Source: Candidatus Marinacidobacterales bacterium (GTDB lineage: Bacteria > Acidobacteriota > Vicinamibacteria > Marinacidobacterales > SMYC01). From it: DNA of 64,000 nucleotides. Numbering within the stretch: position 1 is the first letter of the stretch; every line of letters starts with the position of its first letter. Under the pieces are notes generated by a model. It ran no database searches, was not told the origin of the DNA, and saw nothing but the letters and a program-made list of their open reading frames with translations. The position numbers and the translations under genes are program-made. Where the stretch lies: assembly GCA_965224085.1 (NCBI GenBank), contig CBDCYI010000005.1, positions 1,824,001 through 1,888,000 of the forward strand, in the 5' to 3' direction. This document shows, piece after piece, positions 53,135 through 63,073 of this stretch.

Positions 53135-53798
53135 TCGGTCCGACCGGTACGCCATCAGTTGGAAGGGTATCGTCGCAGCCTCTGTTGGAAGGGAAGAAGG
53201 AAAACACGAAAGTGGAGCCTCTATGCGGCCGCGGGCACCGACTGGAATTCACTCTCGCGGGTGGAGACGGCCCAGACTATCTGGGCGAGTTTGTTGGCGA
53301 CAGCAATCGCGGCTTTGTTGTGTCCCCGCGAGCGGTGGACCTTCCGCGCCCAGGCGCGGAGCTTGTCGGGCGGGCTCTTGCTGACGTTGGCCGCTCGGAG
53401 CACGGCGCGTCCGCCCCGCGTGAGGAGCGTACGGAGGTAGGAGTCGCCACGCTTGGTGATGCGCCCGAGGCGGCGAATGTCACCACTGGAGTTCTCTTTG
53501 GGAACGAGGCCGAGGTAACTCGAGAAGCGGCGTCCCGATGGGAAGCGGCGCAGATCCCCAACGAAGCCGACGATGGCGGTCGCGGTCAGAAGTCCGATGC
53601 CGGGAATGGTGAGAAGTCGTTGCACCTCAGGAAGCTGCTTGGCGAGCGCCTTGAGCTCGTGCTCGATGCCAGCGCACTTGTCCTTGAGCTCTCGAATCTC
53701 GGAGCACGCATCACGCAGGTGCGGACGGAGCACGTCGGGCAAATCAGAATCAGCGTCTTCGACGAGCTCGGAGATGGCGGGCACGACGAAGTGAGCGC
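53135..53798 (-). mobile_element. IS110/IS1111-type transposase, C-terminal remnant
   Basis: LLTIPGIG..TA, FSSYLGLVPKENSSG, GRITKRGDSYLR, AIAVANKLA. Confidence 0.88.
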
Positions 53799-53976
53799 TG
53801 TACCTTCTATTTATTCATCCGCGCGCCCCAAACCTGATCGGTCTCCGATCTGCCGGGGCTATGCCTGCATGATTTCGTCGTTTGTTCGCGCTCGGCCCTG
53901 GGCACGGCCGCAAACACAGACTCTAAGTTGCTGATTTATGGGCTATTTCAAAAGGGCTGAGTTTTGGCACAGGACG
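53799..53976 (-). mobile_element. MITE A (178 bp)
   Basis: Contains both family end motifs and no transposase. Confidence 0.78.
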
Positions 53977-55204
53977 AGGTCGATGCCCTGCGACCGGGTG
54001 GCGAACGCGTTGGTGAAGAACCTGAATCGTTTCAGGTCGCGTGCGGCGTCCACACCCTGCGCCAGCAGCGCGTCGATCTCGTCATTCTCGAGAGTGAAGT
54101 TGCTCGTGATGCCGATCCGGTCCGAGACGTCGATGCGGAAGTAGTCGGCCGTGAAATTGAACAGCCCGGTATCGAAAACCACTCCGGCTGTGTAGTTGAT
54201 CGACGTTTCGGGACGCAGAGGCACACCGCCGCGAAGTGCCGCCACCGGGGAGTTCGACGGGATGGTGCCGTTGTTCACCAGATCGCCGAGCGCCGGGTCG
54301 AAGATGGTCGCAATGTTGAACCCGTTCTGCTGGCCTGGGGTCGGCGCGCGGAAGCCACTGCTCACGCTGGCGCGCACGAAGCCGAGCCGGCCGGAGACCT
54401 TACCGTTTGTCGTCGTGCCGAAATCTTCGAAGTTCTCGACCCGGACTGCGGCTCCGAGGGTCCAGCCGTCGTCTGGATCGTTCAGCTCCAGATCGCCGTA
54501 GACCGCTACGTTGCTCCGGTTCCAGGTGCCCGCGGCGAGCGGCCCGTAGCCGAAGAAGCCGTTGGAACCAGCCGAGAAGCCCTGCCCGCGTCCATAGGGA
54601 CCGACTGTCCACGATGTCGGATGACCCTCGGTAGTCTGGTACTGCTCGTCACGCCATTCCGCGCCAACGGCGAGGTTGACCATCTCGGTAGCGGCGTAGG
54701 AGACATCGAAGTTGACGCCGGTCTCCCGCTGCCGGTTGCTACCGAGATCGAACGCGGTCGGCGTGTCGGGACCGAGCGAGGCGTTGACGGTGTCGGAGAT
54801 GAACAGACCAGTCTCGTGAGCCCCGACCGAGCCGCTCACGTCCCAGACGAAGCCGGCCGCAGTGAAGCCACGGACGCCGACAACGAGTGACACGTCCGTC
54901 GCTTCGCCACCGAAGTTCGGGGTGAAACCGCCTGGAAACCGCTCCCGGAACGAGAAGCAGTTCGGGTCGTCGAACACCTGCTCCAGGGAGGCCGGGTCGG
55001 CGACGTGGTCGGTGATTGCGACCGTGGGGCAGTTCGCCGAGCCGGTGCCTGCCGCCATGAGCGCGTCGCCGATCAGCAGCGTCTTGCCGCCGTCGATGCT
55101 GAAGACACCGCCCCGCGTGTTCGGGTTCCGGAAGAAGAATCCCCCCGTCACTTTTTTGCTGGCGTAGTTTGTGTGGCTGTAGAACTGCACGCCGTTGGCG
55201 GCGC
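53977..55204 (-). pseudogene. Internal fragment of a TonB-dependent receptor
   Basis: FPGGFTPNFGG, NASLGPDTPT, GAEWRDEQY, RVENFEDFG, SSGFRAPT, DYFRIDVSDRI, FFTNAFATRSQGID. Confidence 0.85.
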
Positions 55205-55351
55205 CGTCCTGTGCCAAAACTCGAACCTTTTGAAATAGACCACAAATCAGCAGCTTAGACGCCCTTGGAATCCGCGCAGAATCCAGGGTATTTCGCGCCG
55301 CAGGGCTGACTTCCGACCCATGGGCTGGCGGATGAATAAATAGAAGGCACA
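55205..55351 (+). mobile_element. MITE B (147 bp)
   Basis: CGTCCTGTGCCAAAACTCG..GGATGAATAAATAGAAGGCACA. Confidence 0.78.
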
Positions 55352-55426
55352 ACCAAGAGCCCGAGACCTTTCGTAGGTCTCTGGCTCTTCGCAAGCAAGA
55401 ATCTGGTCCGCGTCGAGGGGTGGGGC

Positions 55427-55711
55427 TTACCGGCGCCGCCCGCCGCCACCGCGACCGCCGCCTTCGGTCCGGGGTCTGGCTTCGTTGACGTTCAATGTAC
55501 GACCACCGAGATCAGTTCCATTGACGCCACGGATGGCCGCTTGCGCGGCCGAGCTGTCCGACATCTCAACGAAAGCGAAACCACGCGGGCGACCGGTGTC
55601 GCGATCGATGATCACGTTGACTCTACTCACCTCGCCGTAAGTCGCGAAGACGTCTCTGAGCTGCTGCTCGGTGACGTCGAAGGAACAATTGCCTACATAA
55701 ATCGTACCCAT
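55427..55711 (-). CDS. RRM-domain RNA-binding protein
   Basis: IYVGN (RNP2), RGFAFVEM (RNP1), LNVNEARPR, Gly-rich tail; RBS AGGAG. Confidence 0.95.
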   Translation of the reverse strand: MGTIYVGNCSFDVTEQQLRDVFATYGEVSRVNVIIDRDTGRPRGFAFVEMSDSSAAQAAIRGVNGTDLGGRTLNVNEARPRTEGGGRGGGGRRR

Positions 55712-55930
55712 GAAATGAACTCCTGAACGGAAAGGGCCTAAGCGAGGGCTGACGGAGGTGTGGTGGAAGTCACCAGCAAAAAAATCTACAAAGAGCCATC
55801 GGATAGCCGAAGGCGCAATGCTGGACTATTTCCGGGCGCGTGTCAAACGCGGCATGTGCCGTGACTATCCACGGGCTGTTCTTGATTCACTGATACCTGC
55901 GACCTGCCCAGCATCCTCATTGCGCCATCC

Positions 55931-57308
55931 CGTCCTGTGCCAAAACTCGGCCCTTTTGAAATAGGCCATAAATCAACAGCTTAGCGTCTGTGTTTTGCGA
56001 CCGGGCCAAGGGCTGTAGGCTCTACAATCGTCTGGACCGAGGGTGTTGTCTTCAGCTCCATGATGACGTACCACGTGCGGTTCTTACTGCTCGTTGTGGC
56101 TGGCTGGGTCAACCGCCAACAGCAGGATGTGATTGATTACCTGCGAGAGGAGAACCGTGTGCTCCGAGCCGGGCTTCGGGGCAAGCGTCTCAGGCTCTCT
56201 GACGAAGACCGGCGCAGGCTTGCCGTCAAGGCCCAGGCCTTGGGCCGCGAGGTGCTGGCCCAGATTGCATCGGTTGCCACACCCGCTACGCTGCTGCGCT
56301 GGTACCGCTGCCTCATCGCAGCCAAGTACGATGGCAGCAAGAACCGGAGTCCAGGCCGACCTCCGACGGCGAAGGACATCCGTGAGTTCATTGTACGTGT
56401 TGCGCGGGAGAACCCGACGTGGGGCTATACGCGCCTGCGGGGCGCACTCAAGAACCTCGGACATGAACTCGGACGCAACACCATCAAGAGGGTTCTCGCC
56501 GAGCACGGTATCGCTCCTGCCCCGGAGCGGGGCAAGAGCATGTCGTGGAGCACCTTCCTCAAGGCTCATTGGGGCGCTATCGCTGCGACAGACCTGTTCA
56601 CCGTCGAGGTTGTGAACCCGTTCGGGCTCGTCCGCTACCATGTCCTGTTTGTCATCGATATCGCCACTCGCTGCGTATGCATCGGTGGGATAACCTCGGA
56701 CCCAAACGGGGAGTGGATGAAGCAGGTGGCAAGGAACCTCACTGACATGTGGGATGGTTTCCTCCTTGGCAGGCGAACCTCATCCACGACCGGGACCCGC
56801 TATTCACCGAGGCGGTACGTGGGCTGTTGAGAGATTCAGGCGTGAAGCCCCTGCGCCTTCCCGCAAAAAGTCCGAATCTGAACGCCTACGCGGAAAGATT
56901 CGTTCTCTCCATACGTCGAGAATGTCTGGACCGCTTCGTACCTCTCAGTGAGCGACACCTACGGACAGCAGGCACGGCTCTGTCAGCGACCCGCTCCCCC
57001 CCTTTGGCGCAAACGTGGCACTCGAAAATCGAGATTAGAGACCAAAACCGAAAATGAAGCCCTTTCCGCCCTTCTAGCGCGTCTCTGGTGCCACGTGATC
57101 CTGCAAAACCGCGCCAACGGCGCGGAAAATCTCACCCGTCTCTGCAGTGCCACAATTGGGCAGACTGGGTGGCGGATGGGGAAGTCTGGAGCTATCCGGT
57201 CTCGGTAAAAGGTGGTCCAGCTTTTGGCGGAAATCCTCAAACAGAAAAGTCAGTGGAGATTCAGGAGGTTTCGAGTTTGCGCATTTCGAGAATTTTGGAA
57301 TGCGTACG
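55931..57308 (+). mobile_element. Integrase-core (rve) transposon; transposase 56060 to ~56970 frameshifted and 3'-truncated; includes repeat copy C
   Basis: [48 protein letters not shown]; the right boundary is inferred. Confidence 0.82.
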
Positions 57309-57454
57309 CACAGGTTTTGCGAGAAGGTCGTTTTACGCGCTCTCGGGTTTCAACCTTGGTGCCCACGTCGTTCTATCCTATTTTTCTACAGTGATTTAAC
57401 GGCCGCCGTCACGTGCTGGTCCCCGCACGCATCATCGACGGGTGGTCGTTCGAG

Positions 57455-58541
57455 TGCCTTGGTGCACAACTCCGATAGAGGCCGAGAGCTCGCTTGGCCC
57501 CGACTCCCATCATCCGATCATCTCGCTATCAGGCATCCCGAGCGCCGTCATGGTGTTGAGAATCTTGCACCCGGTCCTTGCCTCAACTCTCTGTGCCGCC
57601 AACCCTCTCGCTCGCATCGCTGAGCCCACGATAGCCTTGTAGCGATGGAACGTTGTCTCGACTTTGCTCCGTTTGCTGTAGCCCGATTCTGTGTGCCACT
57701 TTCGTTTGCCGAGCCGAGCTTGTGCTGCAATGTTGCGATTACGCTGTCGGCTGCTCGCCGGCCCCGATGCGAGCAGGGCGCCCTTGCGCGGCGGTATCAG
57801 CACCCTCGGCGAGCGATGAGCGCTGTGATTCTCGATTGCCTCATAGACGCCGCTGGCGTCGTATGCGGTGTCAGCTCTGGCCGATGAGATGGGACTGTCG
57901 CTCTGTCCGACAAGCGATGCAACCCGCGATGAATCGTGGGCTCTTTTGCTCGTCAGCTCGCCGGCGACGACTTCGCCACTCTGCTCGTCGACACACAGAT
58001 GGAGCTTGCGATAGTCCCTGCTCTTTTGTGCTCTGCGCAGCTGGCCGGCGTGGACAGCGAGACCGCTGCTGTCGATCAAGATGTGCAACGGCGTCTTCTG
58101 CTTGTCTTGGTAGAAGGGGACCTTACCCAGCTTCACCTTGCGCCTCGAGATCGTGGTGTGATCGGGCACATCATTGTCTAGCTTCATCAGAGCGAACAAC
58201 GACCGCAGCAATCCCTCGCTCTGCCTAGATGACAGATGAAACACCATGCCCAGGGTGACAGCCGTCTCGATGGCGTGGTTCGACTACTTGCGTTGACGGC
58301 CCGGTTTCCTCCTCCTTGGCCGGGGCGCGTCCCAGTTCACAAGCTTGCCGGCGGTGAGCGAGATCCAGACGGTCAGGCTCCCGCGGTTGCGTAGACCCGC
58401 CTCATATTCACGCCAATTCCTCACGCGATAGGCCTTCTTCACATACTTCCGCTGAGTGCGTTTGAAAATGCTCATGGGGAACCTCGTATCCGCGAGTACA
58501 GGACAATTATGGACCGAGATCACGAGTTGTGCACCAAGGCA
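57455..58541 (-). mobile_element. IS5-family (IS903-like) element; transposase 57510-58476 has an in-frame TAG at 58284
   Basis: Perfect 18-bp IR TGCCTTGGTGCACAACTC; YRVRNWREYEAGLRNRGSLTVW, VPDHTTISRR, IDSSGL, RKLHLCVD, ADTAYD, RSKVET. Confidence 0.9.
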
Positions 58542-58544
58542 GAA

Positions 58545-58770
58545 GTGAAGAATCGCAGATGTCTCAATCTCGCATGTCCGTTGCGGGGCAAAGTCAGTTC
58601 CGGAAACATCGTTCGCCACGGATTCTACCGAACCAGGTCCGGGAAACGCCGTCGATACCGGTGCGGCGAGTGCGGAAAGACGTTCTCCTCGACGAAAGGC
58701 ACGCCCTACTACCGTCTCCAACATCGAAGAGCTACTTTCGATGTGGTCATCGCTCTCAGAGTAGCGGTGC
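58545..58770 (+). mobile_element. IS1-like transposase N-terminal zinc-ribbon fragment
   Basis: CLNLACP..NIVRHG..RYRCGECGKTFSSTKGTPYYRL. Confidence 0.7.
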
Positions 58771-58842
58771 AACAACGCCTCGGGAGCTACGAGACCTGTC
58801 CTGGGGCCACTCGTGGAGGGCAGGCGGTATTGTCGCACCCTT

Positions 58843-59688
58843 CTACTTTTTCTTGCGCGTCCCGGCGCGAGCCGTCGGCTTCCTGAACGGGGTAGAACGT
58901 CTACCTGGTTTCCTTCCGGTCTGCCCAGCGCGCCGACTCTTCTTGGCAAGCGGCGCAAGATCGTCATCAGAGACCCCACCCATATCGATGTCGACACCGA
59001 AGACCGATGACAGCCTGTCGGATTTGAGCACCCTGCCACTCCGGGACTTGTCTCCAGTCGGTGGCTGGTCGACGGCGGCCTCCACCATCTCGGCTGGGTC
59101 GACACCTCGCAAGGTGAACAGTAGCTCCGGCTCGTGGTCGAGGCGTGCGCCTACGCCGTAGAGCGTCGCCGCCACGTGCTTGCACATGGTCGCCCAGTCG
59201 GGGCACGAGCAACTCAGCGAGATCTCCCGGGGGGCAGGAAACAATCCCTCTCCCTTGCAGGTCACGATCTCCATCACGCCCTTGGAGATGGAGCCCTGCA
59301 GCAGCTCGACCAGCGAGTCGATTTTGCCTGCACATTGGCCCTTGATGTCGGTCCAGTGCTTCTTCGCCAGGCTTTTGATCTGGGTGTCCACCTCATAGAT
59401 GTCGGAGCCGCTGACGAGAGATCGCACACGCCCCGCCTCGATCTGAAGATCGATCACCGAACCGTTGTGCACGTAGGTTCGGCCGCGAGGCAGGCGGTTC
59501 GAGTAGTCGCTGTACGACTCGAGGTTCTTGCACCAAGCATCACCCCAGAAGGTGGTTGCGATCTTGCGGCCCACGATCTCGATCGGTGAGATCTTGCGTC
59601 CGGCTTTTTTCATCTTAGCGACCGTCTTCGCGGCATGACGGCGGCGCGCTGCCACGGAGACGTAAGGGCGCCACGAGTACCAGCCCAT
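58843..59688 (-). CDS. SWIM zinc-finger protein
   Basis: TFWGDAWC, NRLPRGRTY, CSCPDWATMCKHVAA. Confidence 0.9.
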   Translation of the reverse strand: MGWYSWRPYVSVAARRRHAAKTVAKMKKAGRKISPIEIVGRKIATTFWGDAWCKNLESYSDYSNRLPRGRTYVHNGSVIDLQIEAGRVRSLVSGSDIYEVDTQIKSLAKKHWTDIKGQCAGKIDSLVELLQGSISKGVMEIVTCKGEGLFPAPREISLSCSCPDWATMCKHVAATLYGVGARLDHEPELLFTLRGVDPAEMVEAAVDQPPTGDKSRSGRVLKSDRLSSVFGVDIDMGGVSDDDLAPLAKKSRRAGQTGRKPGRRSTPFRKPTARAGTRKKK

Positions 59689-59733
59689 GAGCTCACCTCA
59701 CGCTTTCTTGTGACGAGCGCGTTCGTGCATCTT

Positions 59734-62472
59734 CTATTCCTCCAAGGCGCTGCTCAAGTCGAGGGACACCATAGAGATCAAATCCTCGTTGCTCATCTCC
59801 GTCAAGGCCGACTCCGCACCACCTGAAAGGAGCTTGCCTGCGAGCTTCTGCTTCCCGGCGATCAGTTCGTCGATGCGCTCCTCCACCGTGCCCCGGCAGA
59901 TGAACTTGTGAACGAGTACGTTCTTCTTCTGGCCGATGCGAAAGGCGCGATCCGTGGCCTGGTTTTCAACCGCCGGGTTCCACCATCGGTCAAAATGGAT
60001 GACATGGGACGCCGCGGTCAGATTGAGCCCAGTACCGCCAGCCTTTAGAGAAAGGACCATGAACGGTACCCGGTCGTCCTCCTGAAACCTGTTTACCAGC
60101 CCTTGGCGCTTCTTGACCGGCGTTCCGCCATGCAGCACGAGGCCGCCGTGACCGAAGACCTCGGTCAGAAAGCGAGACAGCGGCGCCGTCATCTCGCGGA
60201 ACTGGGTGAAGACCAGCACCTTATCCTGGCGCGCGGAGATGGACTCGCAAAGCTCGCGCAGCCGGGCGAGCTTGCCGCTGTCTTCGGCCTCGTAGCTTCC
60301 GTCGCCGAGCCAATGGGACGGGTGATTGCAGATTTGCTTGAAGCGCATCAGAAAGACCAGGACCATACCGCGCCGCTCGATGCCTTCCAGCTCCTCGATG
60401 ACCCTCTTCATCTCATCGACCGACTGCTTGTACAGGGCGGCCTGGCGCTTGCTCAGCAGGCAGTAGGCATTGACCTCGGTCTTGTCGGGCAGATCGGCAA
60501 TGACTCTCTTGTCGGTCTTGAGCCTTCTTAGAATATACGGTTGCACCAGCCTGCGCAGCGGCGCGTAGCCTCCTTGCTTACCCGACGCCATGGATTTGCA
60601 CAGGCCATTGAAGGCCTTCGCCGAGCCTAGCAGCCCCGGATTCAGGAAGTCGAAGATCGACCACAGGTCGCCGAGGCGATTCTCCACCGGTGTGCCGGTG
60701 AGAGCCAGGCGCCACCGCGAGTCCAGTGCTTTGACCACCCTGGTTTGCTTGGCGCTGGGGTTCTTGATGGCCTGGGCCTCGTCGAGGATTACGTTCCGCC
60801 AGGCATGCGACTTCATCCACTCGGTCCGCATGGCGGTGCCGTAGGTGGTGATCACCGCGTCGTGGGCATCCACCTTCTCCTTTGGCAGCTTCTTGAGCTC
60901 GGGCGAGGGGATGCGCGACGGGTGGGCGATGAGAAACTTCATATGGGGCGCGAAGCGTTCAATCTCCAGGCGCCAGTTGTCGACGAGCGAGGCCGGCACG
61001 ACCAGGAGGTCGGTACCCTTCTCCTTGTTGCGCCGGCTCATGGACAGCACACCGAGCACCTGGATGGTTTTCCCCAGGCCCATATCGTCGGCAAGGCAGC
61101 CGCCGAGCTCCAGGCCACGCAGGGTCCAGAGCCACTCCACACCGAGCTTCTGGTAGGGACGGAGCTCGCCCCGCAAGCCCGCGTCCGAGTCGATCTCGGC
61201 CCGTAGCTCAGGCGAGCGCAGCGCGTCGAGCCTTGACGAAAGCCATTTTCCTGCGATGACCTCCGACCATTCCTGTCGAGCGTCCTCGGTGCCGTTCGAG
61301 TCGTCGCCATCGAGCTCGGCGCCAGCCAGCATGCGCATGGCCTCGCCGAAGCTGACTCCGCCGGCCTGGGCCTGCTTTTGCACGTCCCGCCACTGTTCGA
61401 GAACCGCGCCGAGCTTGTCCTGGTCCACCTCGACCCACTTCCCCTTGACCAGCACCAGACCCTCGCTGGCTTCGAGCAGCATCTCGATCTCCCTCGTCGA
61501 CAGATTCTTGCCGTCGAGGGTCAGCTTGACGTCGAAGTCCAGGAGCGCGTCCATACCCAGCGTCGACGGCGCCTTGCCGCCCACCAACACGGAGACCTTG
61601 GGACGGGGGTGACTCTTGGCGCCCCACCAGTCGGGCATGCGCACAACGAGACCGGCTTGCTCGTACAGTGCGATCTCGCAGAGGAAGTGATGCGCTTCCG
61701 CGGGTCTCCAGGACAGGGGGTGGTAGATGTCGCCGGAGTCGACCAGCTCGCGGATGAACGCGCTCTGCCCGGCCGCGCGCGACAAGGGAGAGAGCAGCGC
61801 GAGTAGTTTCTGTCGGCTCTTCGCCCCGGCGTAGTCCTTGAGCGCTCGCCCGAGGGGCAGGTGCTGAGGCTTGGCCTCCTTGGAGACCTTGTGAACATAG
61901 GTCGCGATGAAGGCGAAGGGATACGAGGGGTCGCGTTTGTTCTCGGCCAGGTGGAAACAGACCCGGCCGACCACGTTCCATACCGAGCCCTGCTTCTTCA
62001 GGTATCCCTGGACGCCTAGCTCAAACCGTGCTGCTTCGGTGGTCAGGGCCTTCCCGATGTCGCGCCACAGCTCGCCGAGCATCGAGGGTGTGATCAGCTC
62101 GGCGCCCTGCATGGGAGGGGCCGCCTGGGTGAAATCCGAGAGCTCGTCCGGGGCGGGCTCGGGCACGACCAGAGACGTTGGGTCGGTTGGATCCAACCCG
62201 CCACAGACCCTGACCACCAAGGCCTTCCCGATGTCGCGCCAGTACGAAAGCGTAGGGTGAAGGTCGGTGCTCAGCTCTCCCACTCCCAGATGCAACACCC
62301 CATGCCCGCGCCCCACGTTGAACGCATCGATAATGCGCCGTTGCACTGCGGCGGACAGGCCCGTGCCCTCATCGGGCGAGCCGGGGTGGACGTCAATGCG
62401 GCCACTCGGGGTCAATCCGCAAAGAAGGGTGGCGTTGGCCCCGGTGGCACTATCGTGGAAAAGCTGCCTCAT
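59734..62472 (-). CDS. SNF2-family helicase
   Basis: LRPYQ, LADDMGLGKT, LDEAQAIKN, LTGTPVEN, GGTGLNL, WWNPAVENQATDRAFRIGQ. Confidence 0.95.
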   Translation of the reverse strand: MRQLFHDSATGANATLLCGLTPSGRIDVHPGSPDEGTGLSAAVQRRIIDAFNVGRGHGVLHLGVGELSTDLHPTLSYWRDIGKALVVRVCGGLDPTDPTSLVVPEPAPDELSDFTQAAPPMQGAELITPSMLGELWRDIGKALTTEAARFELGVQGYLKKQGSVWNVVGRVCFHLAENKRDPSYPFAFIATYVHKVSKEAKPQHLPLGRALKDYAGAKSRQKLLALLSPLSRAAGQSAFIRELVDSGDIYHPLSWRPAEAHHFLCEIALYEQAGLVVRMPDWWGAKSHPRPKVSVLVGGKAPSTLGMDALLDFDVKLTLDGKNLSTREIEMLLEASEGLVLVKGKWVEVDQDKLGAVLEQWRDVQKQAQAGGVSFGEAMRMLAGAELDGDDSNGTEDARQEWSEVIAGKWLSSRLDALRSPELRAEIDSDAGLRGELRPYQKLGVEWLWTLRGLELGGCLADDMGLGKTIQVLGVLSMSRRNKEKGTDLLVVPASLVDNWRLEIERFAPHMKFLIAHPSRIPSPELKKLPKEKVDAHDAVITTYGTAMRTEWMKSHAWRNVILDEAQAIKNPSAKQTRVVKALDSRWRLALTGTPVENRLGDLWSIFDFLNPGLLGSAKAFNGLCKSMASGKQGGYAPLRRLVQPYILRRLKTDKRVIADLPDKTEVNAYCLLSKRQAALYKQSVDEMKRVIEELEGIERRGMVLVFLMRFKQICNHPSHWLGDGSYEAEDSGKLARLRELCESISARQDKVLVFTQFREMTAPLSRFLTEVFGHGGLVLHGGTPVKKRQGLVNRFQEDDRVPFMVLSLKAGGTGLNLTAASHVIHFDRWWNPAVENQATDRAFRIGQKKNVLVHKFICRGTVEERIDELIAGKQKLAGKLLSGGAESALTEMSNEDLISMVSLDLSSALEE

Positions 62473-62599
62473 TGGGTGTTGACCCGCGAGTGCAGCCGAC
62501 TCTCGGCAACGTCGGGCAACCCCGCGAGGAAGATGACTTCCGTTCGGTGATTCACGTAGGCCTGGAACATGAACTCAGTCCAGTAGTCTCTCATCATTA

Positions 62600-62853
62600 T
62601 TGATCCGGATTAGGACGAGCCAGTGGGTGGATTCGCTATCAAGACAGTCGATGTCTTCAAAACCCTCAGGGACGAGTTCAACAAAGGGGAGAACTCGCCT
62701 TCGGGACTCGGCGAGCAGGAGAGCTGTAACGGCCAGCTGGTAGCGAACGCCGGCGACGTTCCGAGCGCCATGGCGCAAGGCGCTCCATAGTGGTCCTTCA
62801 AAAGGTGCGGCGACAGGAGATTGGCCAGAGGTTCGCCTCGTTGGTTTATTCAT
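62600..62853 (-). pseudogene. N-terminal fragment resembling a DUF4297/Cap4-type nuclease domain
   Basis: GARNVAGVRYQ..VPEGFEDID; breaks where QxK would be expected. Confidence 0.45.
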
Positions 62854-62923
62854 GCGCTACGAGAAGCAGGCACTTCGCGCGATCGGGATTGTCTGCTGCT
62901 TCTTCTTGCTGACATTGGTGTTG

Positions 62924-63073
62924 TGAACCGTACCGGGTTTCCCGGAGAGTGTTTTAGTTGAGTCTCGCCATCTCTAGGAGCCTTCCTGCGACCGATAGTA
63001 GTTCATCTCGTACTCGACCGGGGGACATTTCCGATCGGCTCCAAGAGTCGTTGCGTGTTGTACCAATGCACCT
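62924..63073 (-). mobile_element. IS3-family 3' end remnant
   Basis: IR TGAACCGTACCGGGTTT; VHWYNTQRLLEPIGNVP. Confidence 0.75.
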
